Sequence record: PQ182779.1
DNA: 64,000 nt
Reading direction: 5' to 3' (one strand)
Part shown: positions 1 to 8,822 of the stretch, piece by piece
Position numbering within the stretch: position 1 is the first letter of the stretch
How the letters are laid out: every line of letters starts with the position of its first letter
Notes under the pieces: generated by a model
Databases searched by the model: none
The model's input: only the letters and a program-made list of their open reading frames with translations
Told to the model about the DNA's origin: nothing
Position numbers and translations under genes: made by a program

Positions 1-1
1 A

Positions 2-1153
2 AACGAAGCCAAGAATTGGCAAAGTAGAATGCGTAAACTAATGCGCAACCATTTTATCGACCAATCGTTCTACGCCGATTTCAATTACGTATTACCGTAC
101 ACACTGTTTGACTTCTTCGATCTCTTTTACAAAATGCGAGAAAGAGTCGAAGGTTACGGCGACAGCTTTAGCGAGTGGTTCAAACAAGGACTACTGGCTG
201 ACAACACCGTACTGGTTACGCAAGGGGCTGAAAAACCTCAGTTCGTTTTCCGTGAGACTCAGCTCGATATCTTAGGGAACTTTGAGTTTGATACCCCACC
301 CATTGAAGATAAGGTCGATGACGGTACCGCGTACGAAATCGAGTTCAGTTATCGATTTGGTTTTGACCGCCCTATCGGCTTTATGATGAAACACCCGTTA
401 GTTATCCACAATCAAATTGTTCCGAGAACTCACCGGACTCAAACTTCGTGGTATGACGCTGACCCTCTAACGGGTCGCGGGTCAATCAGTTCGACGCGTT
501 ACCGCAAACTATTCCAGGAGCAGTATTTCTACAAGAATTTAAACAGAGGGAACATTGTCCCTTCGTTTGACGACTGGATGCCGACACAGGTGGCTGCCGA
601 TACTGCGAACCTGACCCAGTTCCTGATTCAAGTCGATACCACGAACCGGAAGAAGGTCTTGTCGCTCACGGACCTCCCTAAGATGTCTTTCGATCCGCTA
701 CTGGTCGAATACATGAAGGAAACTCGTGCGTATTTAACCAAACGTACGGGTAGTTGGGTGCATGTCGCCGTCTACCAAAATGACCGTCCTTTAGATCCTC
801 GTTCAATAACGATTGACGAAGACCTGACTATCTGGGTGGACACAGAACTTGATTTAAGGTCCCTGTATCACGTCAGAATCAGTTTATTTACTCAGTTGAT
901 GTCATTACAGCCTTTTGCTGTAGATCTTCTTAGAAAACGTCCTGAGTACCTTAAAATGGCCATTGATGGCCTTGACCCAGAGTACGGTAAGAAATATAGC
1001 TACCCGACGGCAAAACCGGGGAGATTGGTATCGAAACTGGACTACGTTGACGCCGCCCGTAATTTGGCCGTCACCGCCAGAAGATTCTACTCGCCAAAAT
1101 ACCGGTACATTCTTCTCCCGACTCAACTCAACACTTTATTCACAGTTCAATAG
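2..1153 (+). CDS. phiKZ-like virion structural protein, 5'-partial
   Basis: The frame is open from base 2 (NEAKNWQSR) through the ATG at 29, so the gene starts left of the window. First of a tightly coupled run of structural-type genes ending in a hub-like gene. Confidence 0.55.
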   Translation, partial: NEAKNWQSRMRKLMRNHFIDQSFYADFNYVLPYTLFDFFDLFYKMRERVEGYGDSFSEWFKQGLLADNTVLVTQGAEKPQFVFRETQLDILGNFEFDTPPIEDKVDDGTAYEIEFSYRFGFDRPIGFMMKHPLVIHNQIVPRTHRTQTSWYDADPLTGRGSISSTRYRKLFQEQYFYKNLNRGNIVPSFDDWMPTQVAADTANLTQFLIQVDTTNRKKVLSLTDLPKMSFDPLLVEYMKETRAYLTKRTGSWVHVAVYQNDRPLDPRSITIDEDLTIWVDTELDLRSLYHVRISLFTQLMSLQPFAVDLLRKRPEYLKMAIDGLDPEYGKKYSYPTAKPGRLVSKLDYVDAARNLAVTARRFYSPKYRYILLPTQLNTLFTVQ

Positions 1154-1164
1154 GAGCACGGTAA

Positions 1165-2538
1165 ATGTCCTTGTTTAACGAAGAAGACGATGCACCGTCA
1201 CAGCCCCTTCCCCAGTTTAAAGCGAACAAAACCCCGTATCGGGATATTGCCATCGATACCGCCTATACGCCCGTAGGAACAATCCTGACGACGATAGAAG
1301 GGAAACGTTGGCCGGTGACGTGGTACAGTCAAATTCTGAACGGCGATAACGCGCCAGCGGGCTTACAGGTTTCTCGTCTTGAAATCAACCAACAGTACAA
1401 GAAGATCAATAACCTTGAACTGAAAGTAACAGAACCTATTCAAGTCAGTCCAGAATTCCGACCAGAAATCCAGGAATTCACTGTTCGTGGTGGAGCGAAC
1501 ATGTACCCGGGCGTACGGCCAAACGTGGGAGACCTTTTCACGGCAACCCTGTTGGACGGACGTGTAGGGATTTTCCAGGTGTCAGCGCCACCGGAGCAAC
1601 GCTCTATCTACATGCAGTCCACGTACCGCATTGAATACGTCATGCGGGATTTCCTTAACGCTGATTACGCAAAGAAGCTCGTTGACAAAACGGTCGAAGA
1701 ATACTTCTTTATTCCCAGCTTCCTGGATTCCGGGATTAACCCCGTTATTTCAGATTCTGCGCATGGCGACTACCAAAGTCTGATGGAATGGCGAGAAAAG
1801 ATCCCGATGTTCCATCTCAGCAAGTTCTACGATAAGGAATACGCCACGCTGACCTTACCGGGTCAAGGACGGAATATCATTTACGATCCTTTCCTGACCA
1901 CCTTTGTAGCGGCGCTCTGGTCCCATGAAAATATCGGCTCGTTTCATGGGATGGCTTTCCTTAACGTGATGGACGGTACTATCAGAGAGATCAAAACCGT
2001 ATTCGATGCGCTATTAGATCAAGAAGATATCATGATGGATATCGTCGAGACGAAGATCCCTGCCGTCGCTTCAAACTTCTTTTTGAATGACCCGTTCTTC
2101 CGTGGCCCACAGTACATGGGTATCCCGTATGTCTGTTTCCCTAATCGGTCTGATCGGTATCGGAACAGTTGGGAGGTGAAACCGAAAGCAGTTTCGTTGA
2201 AACAAGGCTACCGTACCCGACCAAAAGTACGTTATACCCTTGAGCAGTATTTCCCGGAAGGGGTGCTCATTCCGTATTCCCAGGGATGGAACAAAGGGAT
2301 CAAAGACGTTACGATTGACGATTACTACATTTTTAGTGAAGACTTCTACGGACGTCGGACAGGGGAACTTTCCGTTCTCGAAACGTTAGTTTGGCAGGCC
2401 ATCGAAAAAGGACAAGTATCGGCACAGGACGTTATGGCGTTGTTTAACGACGCACGCAATTGGGACGACTTGAATCAGTTCTATTACTTGCCGATCCTTT
2501 ACGCGTTGATCCCTGCCGCTTTAAGAGGGTTATCGTAA
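1165..2538 (+). CDS. phiKZ-like virion (baseplate-region) structural protein, 457 aa
   Basis: AGGAG RBS at about 1153. Long ORF with a beta-rich N-terminus (PNVGDLFTATLLDGRVGIFQV). Synteny with phiKZ gp99-101-type genes is recalled, not searched. Confidence 0.6.
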   Translation: MSLFNEEDDAPSQPLPQFKANKTPYRDIAIDTAYTPVGTILTTIEGKRWPVTWYSQILNGDNAPAGLQVSRLEINQQYKKINNLELKVTEPIQVSPEFRPEIQEFTVRGGANMYPGVRPNVGDLFTATLLDGRVGIFQVSAPPEQRSIYMQSTYRIEYVMRDFLNADYAKKLVDKTVEEYFFIPSFLDSGINPVISDSAHGDYQSLMEWREKIPMFHLSKFYDKEYATLTLPGQGRNIIYDPFLTTFVAALWSHENIGSFHGMAFLNVMDGTIREIKTVFDALLDQEDIMMDIVETKIPAVASNFFLNDPFFRGPQYMGIPYVCFPNRSDRYRNSWEVKPKAVSLKQGYRTRPKVRYTLEQYFPEGVLIPYSQGWNKGIKDVTIDDYYIFSEDFYGRRTGELSVLETLVWQAIEKGQVSAQDVMALFNDARNWDDLNQFYYLPILYALIPAALRGLS

Positions 2539-3161
2539 TGACGACAACCGTGGTCATTGAAACCGCACGCACCAAACCAAAAACTGCAGGTCAAATTATT
2601 TTTGACAAAATGTTTAGCGTGAGGATGTCCGTTGTGGACGCCATGGACGAAAACGATGTTCATTCTCGCGGGATGTTTACAACCGGTTATGCGGATATTG
2701 ATGCACAGGCAGCAAAACGTCCTACCGTGGTCTGGCGAACGATTGCGGAGATGGTGGAGTTATGGCATGACGGCGTGGCGATGGAGTTGGTCAACGGTAT
2801 GGTTGATGCCGAGAAGATCAACAAAATCATACAGGAACATTTAGCGGATTGTACGCGTTGGCACCAATCGCAGCAGTACGGTCTTCGCAGAGAAGACCCA
2901 AGTGTCACACAGCAGCGTTTAGAAGATCTTCGTAAGATGGACGAATTCGCTCGCCAGATTTACAACAAAGTCCGTCAACACGGCAAAGACGATAACGTCA
3001 CTGGATTGGCTAAGGTTATCAAGAGTGCTGCACCCGCGATTGGTCTCGATCCTTTCGGTCAAAAAGCGGTGGCTCCTAAACGCAGTGCGGCGGATTACAT
3101 CCCTATCGAAGAACGTATTGATTACGACGTCCTCAAGAAACGTAAGAGGTACCGTTCATGA
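2538..3161 (+). CDS. hypothetical protein, 207 aa
   Basis: The TAATG stop/start overlap at 2536-2540 supports ATG 2538 rather than the track start 2460. ATGA overlap with the next gene. Confidence 0.7.
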   Translation: MTTTVVIETARTKPKTAGQIIFDKMFSVRMSVVDAMDENDVHSRGMFTTGYADIDAQAAKRPTVVWRTIAEMVELWHDGVAMELVNGMVDAEKINKIIQEHLADCTRWHQSQQYGLRREDPSVTQQRLEDLRKMDEFARQIYNKVRQHGKDDNVTGLAKVIKSAAPAIGLDPFGQKAVAPKRSAADYIPIEERIDYDVLKKRKRYRS

Positions 3162-4501
3162 ATACCCAATTACTTCGCCAGCAAATCATGACATTGGCGG
3201 CGAGTGGCGCCAACCCTCGTTACCAACTCCGGGCAATCTTTACGGTACAAGGCGTTCAGTACCCCGTAAAGGCTGTTATCGGGAAACGAATCCGATCGGA
3301 GTACGGTGAGCGTTTTTGTTCGAATATCACCCTTGAGATTGCCATGATTACAAAAGACTTTAACCAGCTCTTTGCAGTCAGAGACAATCTCTACCTGACA
3401 CTGTTCCAGGAACAGGTGGATGCGGTGTCCGAAGTGAAGTTCAGTAATGGCCTTACTATTCAGACGACATACCGGGCATTCTTTTCGAATAACGAAATCG
3501 CCTCATTAGGCGGGACACCCGGATTACAATCGACGCCTTATACAGACGGTTCTGATGATCTCCGAATCTTTCATGTGCAGTTAGTCGACCCGATCGCATT
3601 GAGCATGTCGGCTAAATCGGCACAGGGTGTATTCCGCTTCAGTACCGCCAGTGACGTTCTACGGGCGTATATCATTGCGAAAACGAACGAGGACAAGCAA
3701 GCGGGTCTTCCGCCGCTCTTAGGGCTGGAGATGGTTGATGCTGACGTCACCGGAGAAAGCGCGATCCGTGAACAGATTATTGTTGACCATCAAGTGAAGA
3801 TGACGAGTTTACCGCATTATCTTCAGGCGAAAGAGGGCGGGTTGTATAACCACGGTATCGGTTCGTTTATTGAGAATCAGCGCTGGTTTATTTTCCCGTT
3901 GTACAACACGCAACGGTTTACTAAAACCGAAAAACGCCTCTCGGTCTTTGTGGCGGATTCGCTAAAACTCCCCACGGCAGATTGCACGTATAAGTGGGAA
4001 GGGTCAACGTTAAAGGTCATCGCCACCGGCGGCGCAAAGACGCAAGATATCTCTGTATCCGGTAACGTGTCGTCTGGTAACGGTGTTCACTTCCAGAAAG
4101 CCAGTAATTTCTTTGAGAGTCCGGTGGTGGTTGATGGTGATAACCGCGCGGTTTACAACCGTGAAGCGGTCTCTGTCGATATCATGCGCAAGCCCCGTAG
4201 TGACGGGTTAACAATTGCTCATGTTTCAGATAATCCTATTACGGATAACCTGGCGAGAGAACAATCGCGTATCGCTGCGTACGACGGGCTGATCATGGCA
4301 GTGAAATGGGAGCGGTCTGACATCCGGTTACTTACCCCCGGAATGCCAGTTCGCGTTTACTACGACAATGGGTCAGTGACAACGATCCTTGAAGGTACAC
4401 TTATACGGGCAGAAGAACAGTGGAACACGGAAACTCCAGGACTGATGCAAAAATTACAAGTATCAGCCGCTTTACTCACCTTTTTCCTGGCGAAACCTTA
4501 A
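3158..4501 (+). CDS. putative baseplate hub protein (gp27/GpD-like; phiKZ gp101-type)
   Basis: 447 aa. The C-terminal LLTPGMPVRVYYDNG...LEGTLIRAEEQW resembles the L-x-PG-x-x-V...G barrel of GpD/gp27 hubs. Structural operon context. Confidence 0.5.
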   Translation: MNTQLLRQQIMTLAASGANPRYQLRAIFTVQGVQYPVKAVIGKRIRSEYGERFCSNITLEIAMITKDFNQLFAVRDNLYLTLFQEQVDAVSEVKFSNGLTIQTTYRAFFSNNEIASLGGTPGLQSTPYTDGSDDLRIFHVQLVDPIALSMSAKSAQGVFRFSTASDVLRAYIIAKTNEDKQAGLPPLLGLEMVDADVTGESAIREQIIVDHQVKMTSLPHYLQAKEGGLYNHGIGSFIENQRWFIFPLYNTQRFTKTEKRLSVFVADSLKLPTADCTYKWEGSTLKVIATGGAKTQDISVSGNVSSGNGVHFQKASNFFESPVVVDGDNRAVYNREAVSVDIMRKPRSDGLTIAHVSDNPITDNLAREQSRIAAYDGLIMAVKWERSDIRLLTPGMPVRVYYDNGSVTTILEGTLIRAEEQWNTETPGLMQKLQVSAALLTFFLAKP

Positions 4502-5055
4502 CCGAACTACAGGTAGAGCACAGGGTATTAAATCCAGACGAAGAATTTAATTTAAACGGGAGTGAACTCGCCCAGCTGAATAAACTCACGTCGGAACTAC
4601 AACAGCATCTTAATAAAGTCAATTGTCATCGGTTACAAATCCAGACGTTTACTGAAGCCGTACTTGAGGTGATGGACGTCCATCAGAAATCGGTTGAATT
4701 GTGGTTGCTGCGCGATGGCGGAAGAATCGTTGGGTATGCAGTCAGTTTGATTGATCAACACCCCGTCATCGACACATTGATTATCGGTCAAAAATATCGA
4801 GGACAAGGATTAGGAACTAAATTACTCCAATCGATCCGTGCGGCGAAAAAGAATCATGCAATCAAGTTAATCGTTGTGCGTAAAGACAAAGTTGCTTTAG
4901 GGTTCTATCTCGCTCAAGGTGGCTTCGTTGACTTTGATCATCTTTCGCGTTTTACACACTTAATCATTTTCCCGCCTTTGTCGTCAGACAGGAGTCTTTA
5001 TGCTTTATCCCGAGAACCAGAAATGGGTACCGAAGGTCAAGGAATGGATTACTGA
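4420..5055 (+). CDS. GNAT-family N-acetyltransferase
   Basis: Motif A IDTLIIGQKYRGQGLGTKLL and motif B VALGFYLAQGGF. The start is uncertain (4420 overlaps the upstream gene by 82 nt). Confidence 0.8.
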   Translation: MEHGNSRTDAKITSISRFTHLFPGETLTELQVEHRVLNPDEEFNLNGSELAQLNKLTSELQQHLNKVNCHRLQIQTFTEAVLEVMDVHQKSVELWLLRDGGRIVGYAVSLIDQHPVIDTLIIGQKYRGQGLGTKLLQSIRAAKKNHAIKLIVVRKDKVALGFYLAQGGFVDFDHLSRFTHLIIFPPLSSDRSLYALSREPEMGTEGQGMDY

Positions 5056-5827
5056 CTCCTTGGCCCGAACCAAGACGTACAATCAACGCCAGCTTCTCAC
5101 TATTGACGAAGTACTGAATCCGTGTTTTAGCGACCCATGGGGACACAACACGATCAATTACTCGATTTCATTAGTCGATGGCTATATCATGCCGAAGTTT
5201 CCAAAGGACGGGGTCTACGAACCTTTACTTGATCGTTACCCTATGGCTATCGAAGCCACGCAAGAAATTGTTAACTTTTTGGAGACCGTCAGTTTTGATA
5301 CCGATCAAAGCGATGAACTCATTCGTACCCATATTCAAAAACTCTTTTCATGGCTCTATGCGTGGAATACGGAGTTGGTCTGGGTAGACAAAGTTCATCC
5401 GGAAGATATCTGTGTCAAAGTGCTGTTCGGTAACGATCCGCCCACTTACGCGGAACGTGCCGCGTTAGTGAATAATGAATCCCCTGATTTCTTTTTACGC
5501 GGGAAGGATTATTATGAAATTGAAACGTGGTTAACGAAGATCGATGATTGGTCGGCTTTTGCCGTCAATCGTTTCCCGTATCAGGAAGAAAGCTTCAGTC
5601 TTTACTTCCCAGGACAAGGTTATAGTTTCGGTAAAGAACGTGCTGCATTTGAAATGCAGTCGCAGGCCAGAGGAATCGCTTTTTCTCTTTATGGGGTATT
5701 GGCGAAAGCCTTAACTGATAAATCGAAACTGACGAATCAATTCTGGTCACGGCGTTTAGCAGTATTGACCGATGCGGCAGTTTACTGCAATCCTGTTCTG
5801 TCGTATATCCTACGTTTCGACTTCTGA
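5000..5827 (+). CDS. hypothetical protein, 275 aa
   Basis: Long ORF with GGAG at about 4991, followed by a strong hairpin. Confidence 0.7.
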   Translation: MLYPENQKWVPKVKEWITDSLARTKTYNQRQLLTIDEVLNPCFSDPWGHNTINYSISLVDGYIMPKFPKDGVYEPLLDRYPMAIEATQEIVNFLETVSFDTDQSDELIRTHIQKLFSWLYAWNTELVWVDKVHPEDICVKVLFGNDPPTYAERAALVNNESPDFFLRGKDYYEIETWLTKIDDWSAFAVNRFPYQEESFSLYFPGQGYSFGKERAAFEMQSQARGIAFSLYGVLAKALTDKSKLTNQFWSRRLAVLTDAAVYCNPVLSYILRFDF

Positions 5828-5850
5828 TGAGATTAGAAACCATTTGGTTA

Positions 5851-5876
5851 CACTGGTGAGGGTTTCCTCACCAGTG
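5851..5876 (+). terminator. intrinsic terminator-like hairpin H1
   Basis: CACTGGTGAGG-GTTT-CCTCACCAGTG, then GACTTTTTATTT. Confidence 0.75.
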
Positions 5877-5908
5877 GACTTTTTATTTCTTAATGAGGAA
5901 TCACGAGA

Positions 5909-6082
5909 ATGAGCGATAATAAGGTATCTTACCATATCGACGCTGGCGGTGAGGTTGAACTCTCTCCACGTGCCTACCAGGAAACCGTGTTACAGTATCG
6001 CTTCGGTTATACCGAAGCTCAACTGGCCAATATGTCTGACAATCAAATCGCACAACGGTATGCAGAACTAACTGAAGGATAA
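5909..6082 (+). CDS. small hypothetical protein, 57 aa (not in ORF track)
   Basis: GAGG RBS at about 5895. Reads MSDNKVSYHIDAGGEVELSPRAYQETVLQYRFGYTEAQLANMSDNQIAQRYAELTEG*, with the stop 3 nt before the next ATG. Confidence 0.7.
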   Translation: MSDNKVSYHIDAGGEVELSPRAYQETVLQYRFGYTEAQLANMSDNQIAQRYAELTEG

Positions 6083-6085
6083 TCT

Positions 6086-6448
6086 ATGGCTGACTTGATT
6101 AATCTTGGCGAACGTCGTATGGAACGTATGACAACAACAGAACAGATAGAACACGTCTACCGACTCATCGATAAAATAGATCATTTCGTGATCAAGTCGG
6201 CCAGTGAAATGTTAGAACTGCTCAAATACAAACATCAACAGCAGGACAGTACCGCCGCTATCTGTCTCCATCTGATCTACGTCGGTTTCTTTACGGGAGA
6301 CGAAGGTGCGGACTATACCGGCGATGAATTACTGAAGTTGGTGGAGGATAACCTGACACGGTATAAAGGATGTCTTTACCGCAAGCTCAAACAGCAGTAC
6401 CCGTGTAACCCCGAAGTAGACAAACTGAATCCGCTAAAAAGCGTATAA
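6086..6448 (+). CDS. hypothetical protein, 120 aa
   Basis: AAGGA RBS. Coupled to the upstream small ORF and ends at the convergent hairpin. Confidence 0.7.
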   Translation: MADLINLGERRMERMTTTEQIEHVYRLIDKIDHFVIKSASEMLELLKYKHQQQDSTAAICLHLIYVGFFTGDEGADYTGDELLKLVEDNLTRYKGCLYRKLKQQYPCNPEVDKLNPLKSV

Positions 6449-6458
6449 GCTAAAAAGC

Positions 6459-6490
6459 CTCCCATGGATAGCTTTCGCTATCCATGGGAG
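6459..6490. terminator. hairpin H2 between convergent genes
   Basis: CTCCCATGGATAGC-TTTC-GCTATCCATGGGAG (14-bp stem), with TATG at 6497. Confidence 0.75.
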
Positions 6491-6530
6491 CGGCACTATG
6501 CCGTTATTGAGTGAAAAGGTTATGGATGAA

Positions 6531-8090
6531 TTAGTTGAGTACGAAATCGTTGAGTTGGTCGTTAGTTTGGAACCAAGCTGCACCCCCACCCTGTCCTGCG
6601 GTCTGGGCACCTGGTTTTTTCATCGATTGGTCTTCGGTGTAAATGTCATCAGGAATCCCAATGTCCGTAAAGCGGTAGGTACAACGTTGATCCTGAATTG
6701 GTGTGTTATCTACCCCACGGTGTTTACCGCGCCCCAAGTTTAAATACGCGACGCCATCGACAATTTGTTTTTGGATATTGACTTCAAAGTCTACTTCCTG
6801 AGCGATGGTTTTACATTCGTTATAGTAAGCTCGGTTAAGTATCTCATTAAGGAACTGCCCAGGGCGATCACGTTCGATGCTCAAGGCTTCAGTTGACAAC
6901 TGGTGAGGCGTGATAAACAGAACATGACGCATGACCATAAAGTTACGGGTGCGTTTAAACATGGCTTGTTTCTCACGTCCAGTGATTCCACCGTTATCAA
7001 AACCTTTACTGGACATCATCGCCAAATAGTCGAACGTCATGACGACAATTTCGTAACCGTCTGCTTCGAGACCTAACGTCAACGATTGCAGTGAAGAGAA
7101 AGTGAATTCATCCGGGTTAATGCGGAACATCAAGAAATGCCAACCATTCTCGGCAAACTTCTCTTTCATGAACTGTGCTGCAATATTAGGATCAATTTCG
7201 TTCTTCTTAATCTGACGCCCTAACGTCGGTTCAACACATTGCTTATACATGGTTTGCATGTTGATCGGCAGGTCGTTCTCAGACGATATCAGTACGATTG
7301 CCGGTTTCTTCGTCGGGTCTTTTAATTTAGGGATATTATAAAGTGCTGCGCCCCGAGTCATCATCATTGTCAGACCCGATTTGAAATGGTGTTGTAAACC
7401 ACCGACTAAAACCATCTCACCGCGACGACCACCCATTTGCTCACCAAACATCCGGTTGAGTCCCTGAAGACCAAACTTGATAATCTCGTCCGGAGAGATC
7501 TGATCACGAGCTCGAGTGAAGATTGCTTTCAGGGATTCTTCATCGTTGAAGTCAACGAAATCCATAACGCCTGGCGTATGTTCAGGCTTATCGCTTTTAT
7601 CGTGCGCATAACCTTCAAAATGTGTGATCATGCTTCTGGCGACTTCGTTCAGCTGAAATTCTCCGTCGCCGTAAAGCACATCTTTACTGAATTCCTGGAA
7701 GCGTTTGCGAAACTCTGCTTTACGTATGACGTCGTTTAACTCCTGAATCAGGAGACGACAATGGTTTTTGATGGCGGCTTCGTCTAAGTGTAAATCGAGT
7801 GCTCCTTCAACAATGTCGACAACGTAAGGTTCATCCGCTGCAATCATTCTGACGTTCTGTACAATGAGTTCTCTATTCTTACAAAGATCCTGACGTGACG
7901 TCATCTTAAGAATGAGAACTTGTAGCCCTTCGTAAATTTCTTTTACTCTGTCACTGTCGGTGGAGTTTTTACCGGGGTTAGCATACTGCATGATATTCTT
8001 GACGAGTGCCTTACTATCGCTTCCTGAACTAATCTGGTTTTCCCAGAACAACAGCGCCAAGGCGTTCACAATCGTCATTTTATAATTCAT
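6531..8090 (-). CDS. dnaB: DnaB-like replicative helicase (phiKZ gp118-type)
   Basis: RRGEMVLVGGLQHHFKSG (Walker A variant), ISSEN, FDYLAMM (Walker B), LFITPHQLS and GKHRG motifs. Divergent from the capsid locus, as in phiKZ-like phages. Confidence 0.85.
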   Translation of the reverse strand: MNYKMTIVNALALLFWENQISSGSDSKALVKNIMQYANPGKNSTDSDRVKEIYEGLQVLILKMTSRQDLCKNRELIVQNVRMIAADEPYVVDIVEGALDLHLDEAAIKNHCRLLIQELNDVIRKAEFRKRFQEFSKDVLYGDGEFQLNEVARSMITHFEGYAHDKSDKPEHTPGVMDFVDFNDEESLKAIFTRARDQISPDEIIKFGLQGLNRMFGEQMGGRRGEMVLVGGLQHHFKSGLTMMMTRGAALYNIPKLKDPTKKPAIVLISSENDLPINMQTMYKQCVEPTLGRQIKKNEIDPNIAAQFMKEKFAENGWHFLMFRINPDEFTFSSLQSLTLGLEADGYEIVVMTFDYLAMMSSKGFDNGGITGREKQAMFKRTRNFMVMRHVLFITPHQLSTEALSIERDRPGQFLNEILNRAYYNECKTIAQEVDFEVNIQKQIVDGVAYLNLGRGKHRGVDNTPIQDQRCTYRFTDIGIPDDIYTEDQSMKKPGAQTAGQGGGAAWFQTNDQLNDFVLN

Positions 8091-8147
8091 GGTTCCATCT
8101 CACTCAAATTTTATGTTAAAAAATATTTTTCACCCACAGGGGCCGTT

Positions 8148-8708
8148 ATGAAGATCACACCAATAAAACGTCTTCGTGTCGCGGTGGTTCCGAGTTGGTT
8201 GGATGAGGTAGTCACCGCATCCCCGGACCTCAGCTATCAAGATCTTCTTTGCTTTTCTAAATTGTTGGAGACGAAGTCTTCTATATTATCAGAGGAGCAA
8301 GTCATTATTTATGCGCTGACGCAGAATTTCGTGAATGCCTTCACGGATCGCGCTTTCGAAGATATTCCTTCTATTGCTTCGACCGATGCCAACGCACTAT
8401 TCCTCGCCGATCGCAGTAAAAAGGTTGAGAACGTGCGTATCTCTGTTAATGTGTCAGACGCTCTAGCCGAAAAGAACGAATCGCCGCTCTCATTCCAGGC
8501 AACGGGTTTGATGGCGAAAGAGTATTACTTGCCGTTACTGGTGGATTCCGATACATTAGTTCTTATAGGGAGCCGTGTCCCGGTTTTTCAGGATGAGCGT
8601 GCTTTCTTCAATGCTTTATTGGAAACCGTCGGTGGTAAATTGGAGTACGGGGAATTCAAACAATACGAATTCTTTAAACGTTACCTTCGTGTAGCGGTAT
8701 CCGGCTAA
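8148..8708 (+). CDS. hypothetical protein upstream of major capsid gene, 186 aa
   Basis: ORF with AGGGG RBS, in the position of phiKZ gp119-type genes. Confidence 0.65.
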   Translation: MKITPIKRLRVAVVPSWLDEVVTASPDLSYQDLLCFSKLLETKSSILSEEQVIIYALTQNFVNAFTDRAFEDIPSIASTDANALFLADRSKKVENVRISVNVSDALAEKNESPLSFQATGLMAKEYYLPLLVDSDTLVLIGSRVPVFQDERAFFNALLETVGGKLEYGEFKQYEFFKRYLRVAVSG

Positions 8709-8822
8709 TTGTAGTATATTATGAAACATTACTGCATTCGTGTTTATTGAATCATATGACAATTTCTTGACAGCGCTGTCGAGAGAGTTTCTAAAATAAC
8801 GTTATTAAAGGAACGTAATAAA

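Noticed and set aside
8715-8758. TATATTAT (8715) and TATG (8720, 8755) upstream of the capsid gene as mapped promoters
   Set aside because: Plausible late-promoter sites, but 4-mers in an AT-rich gap cannot be distinguished from chance without TSS data.
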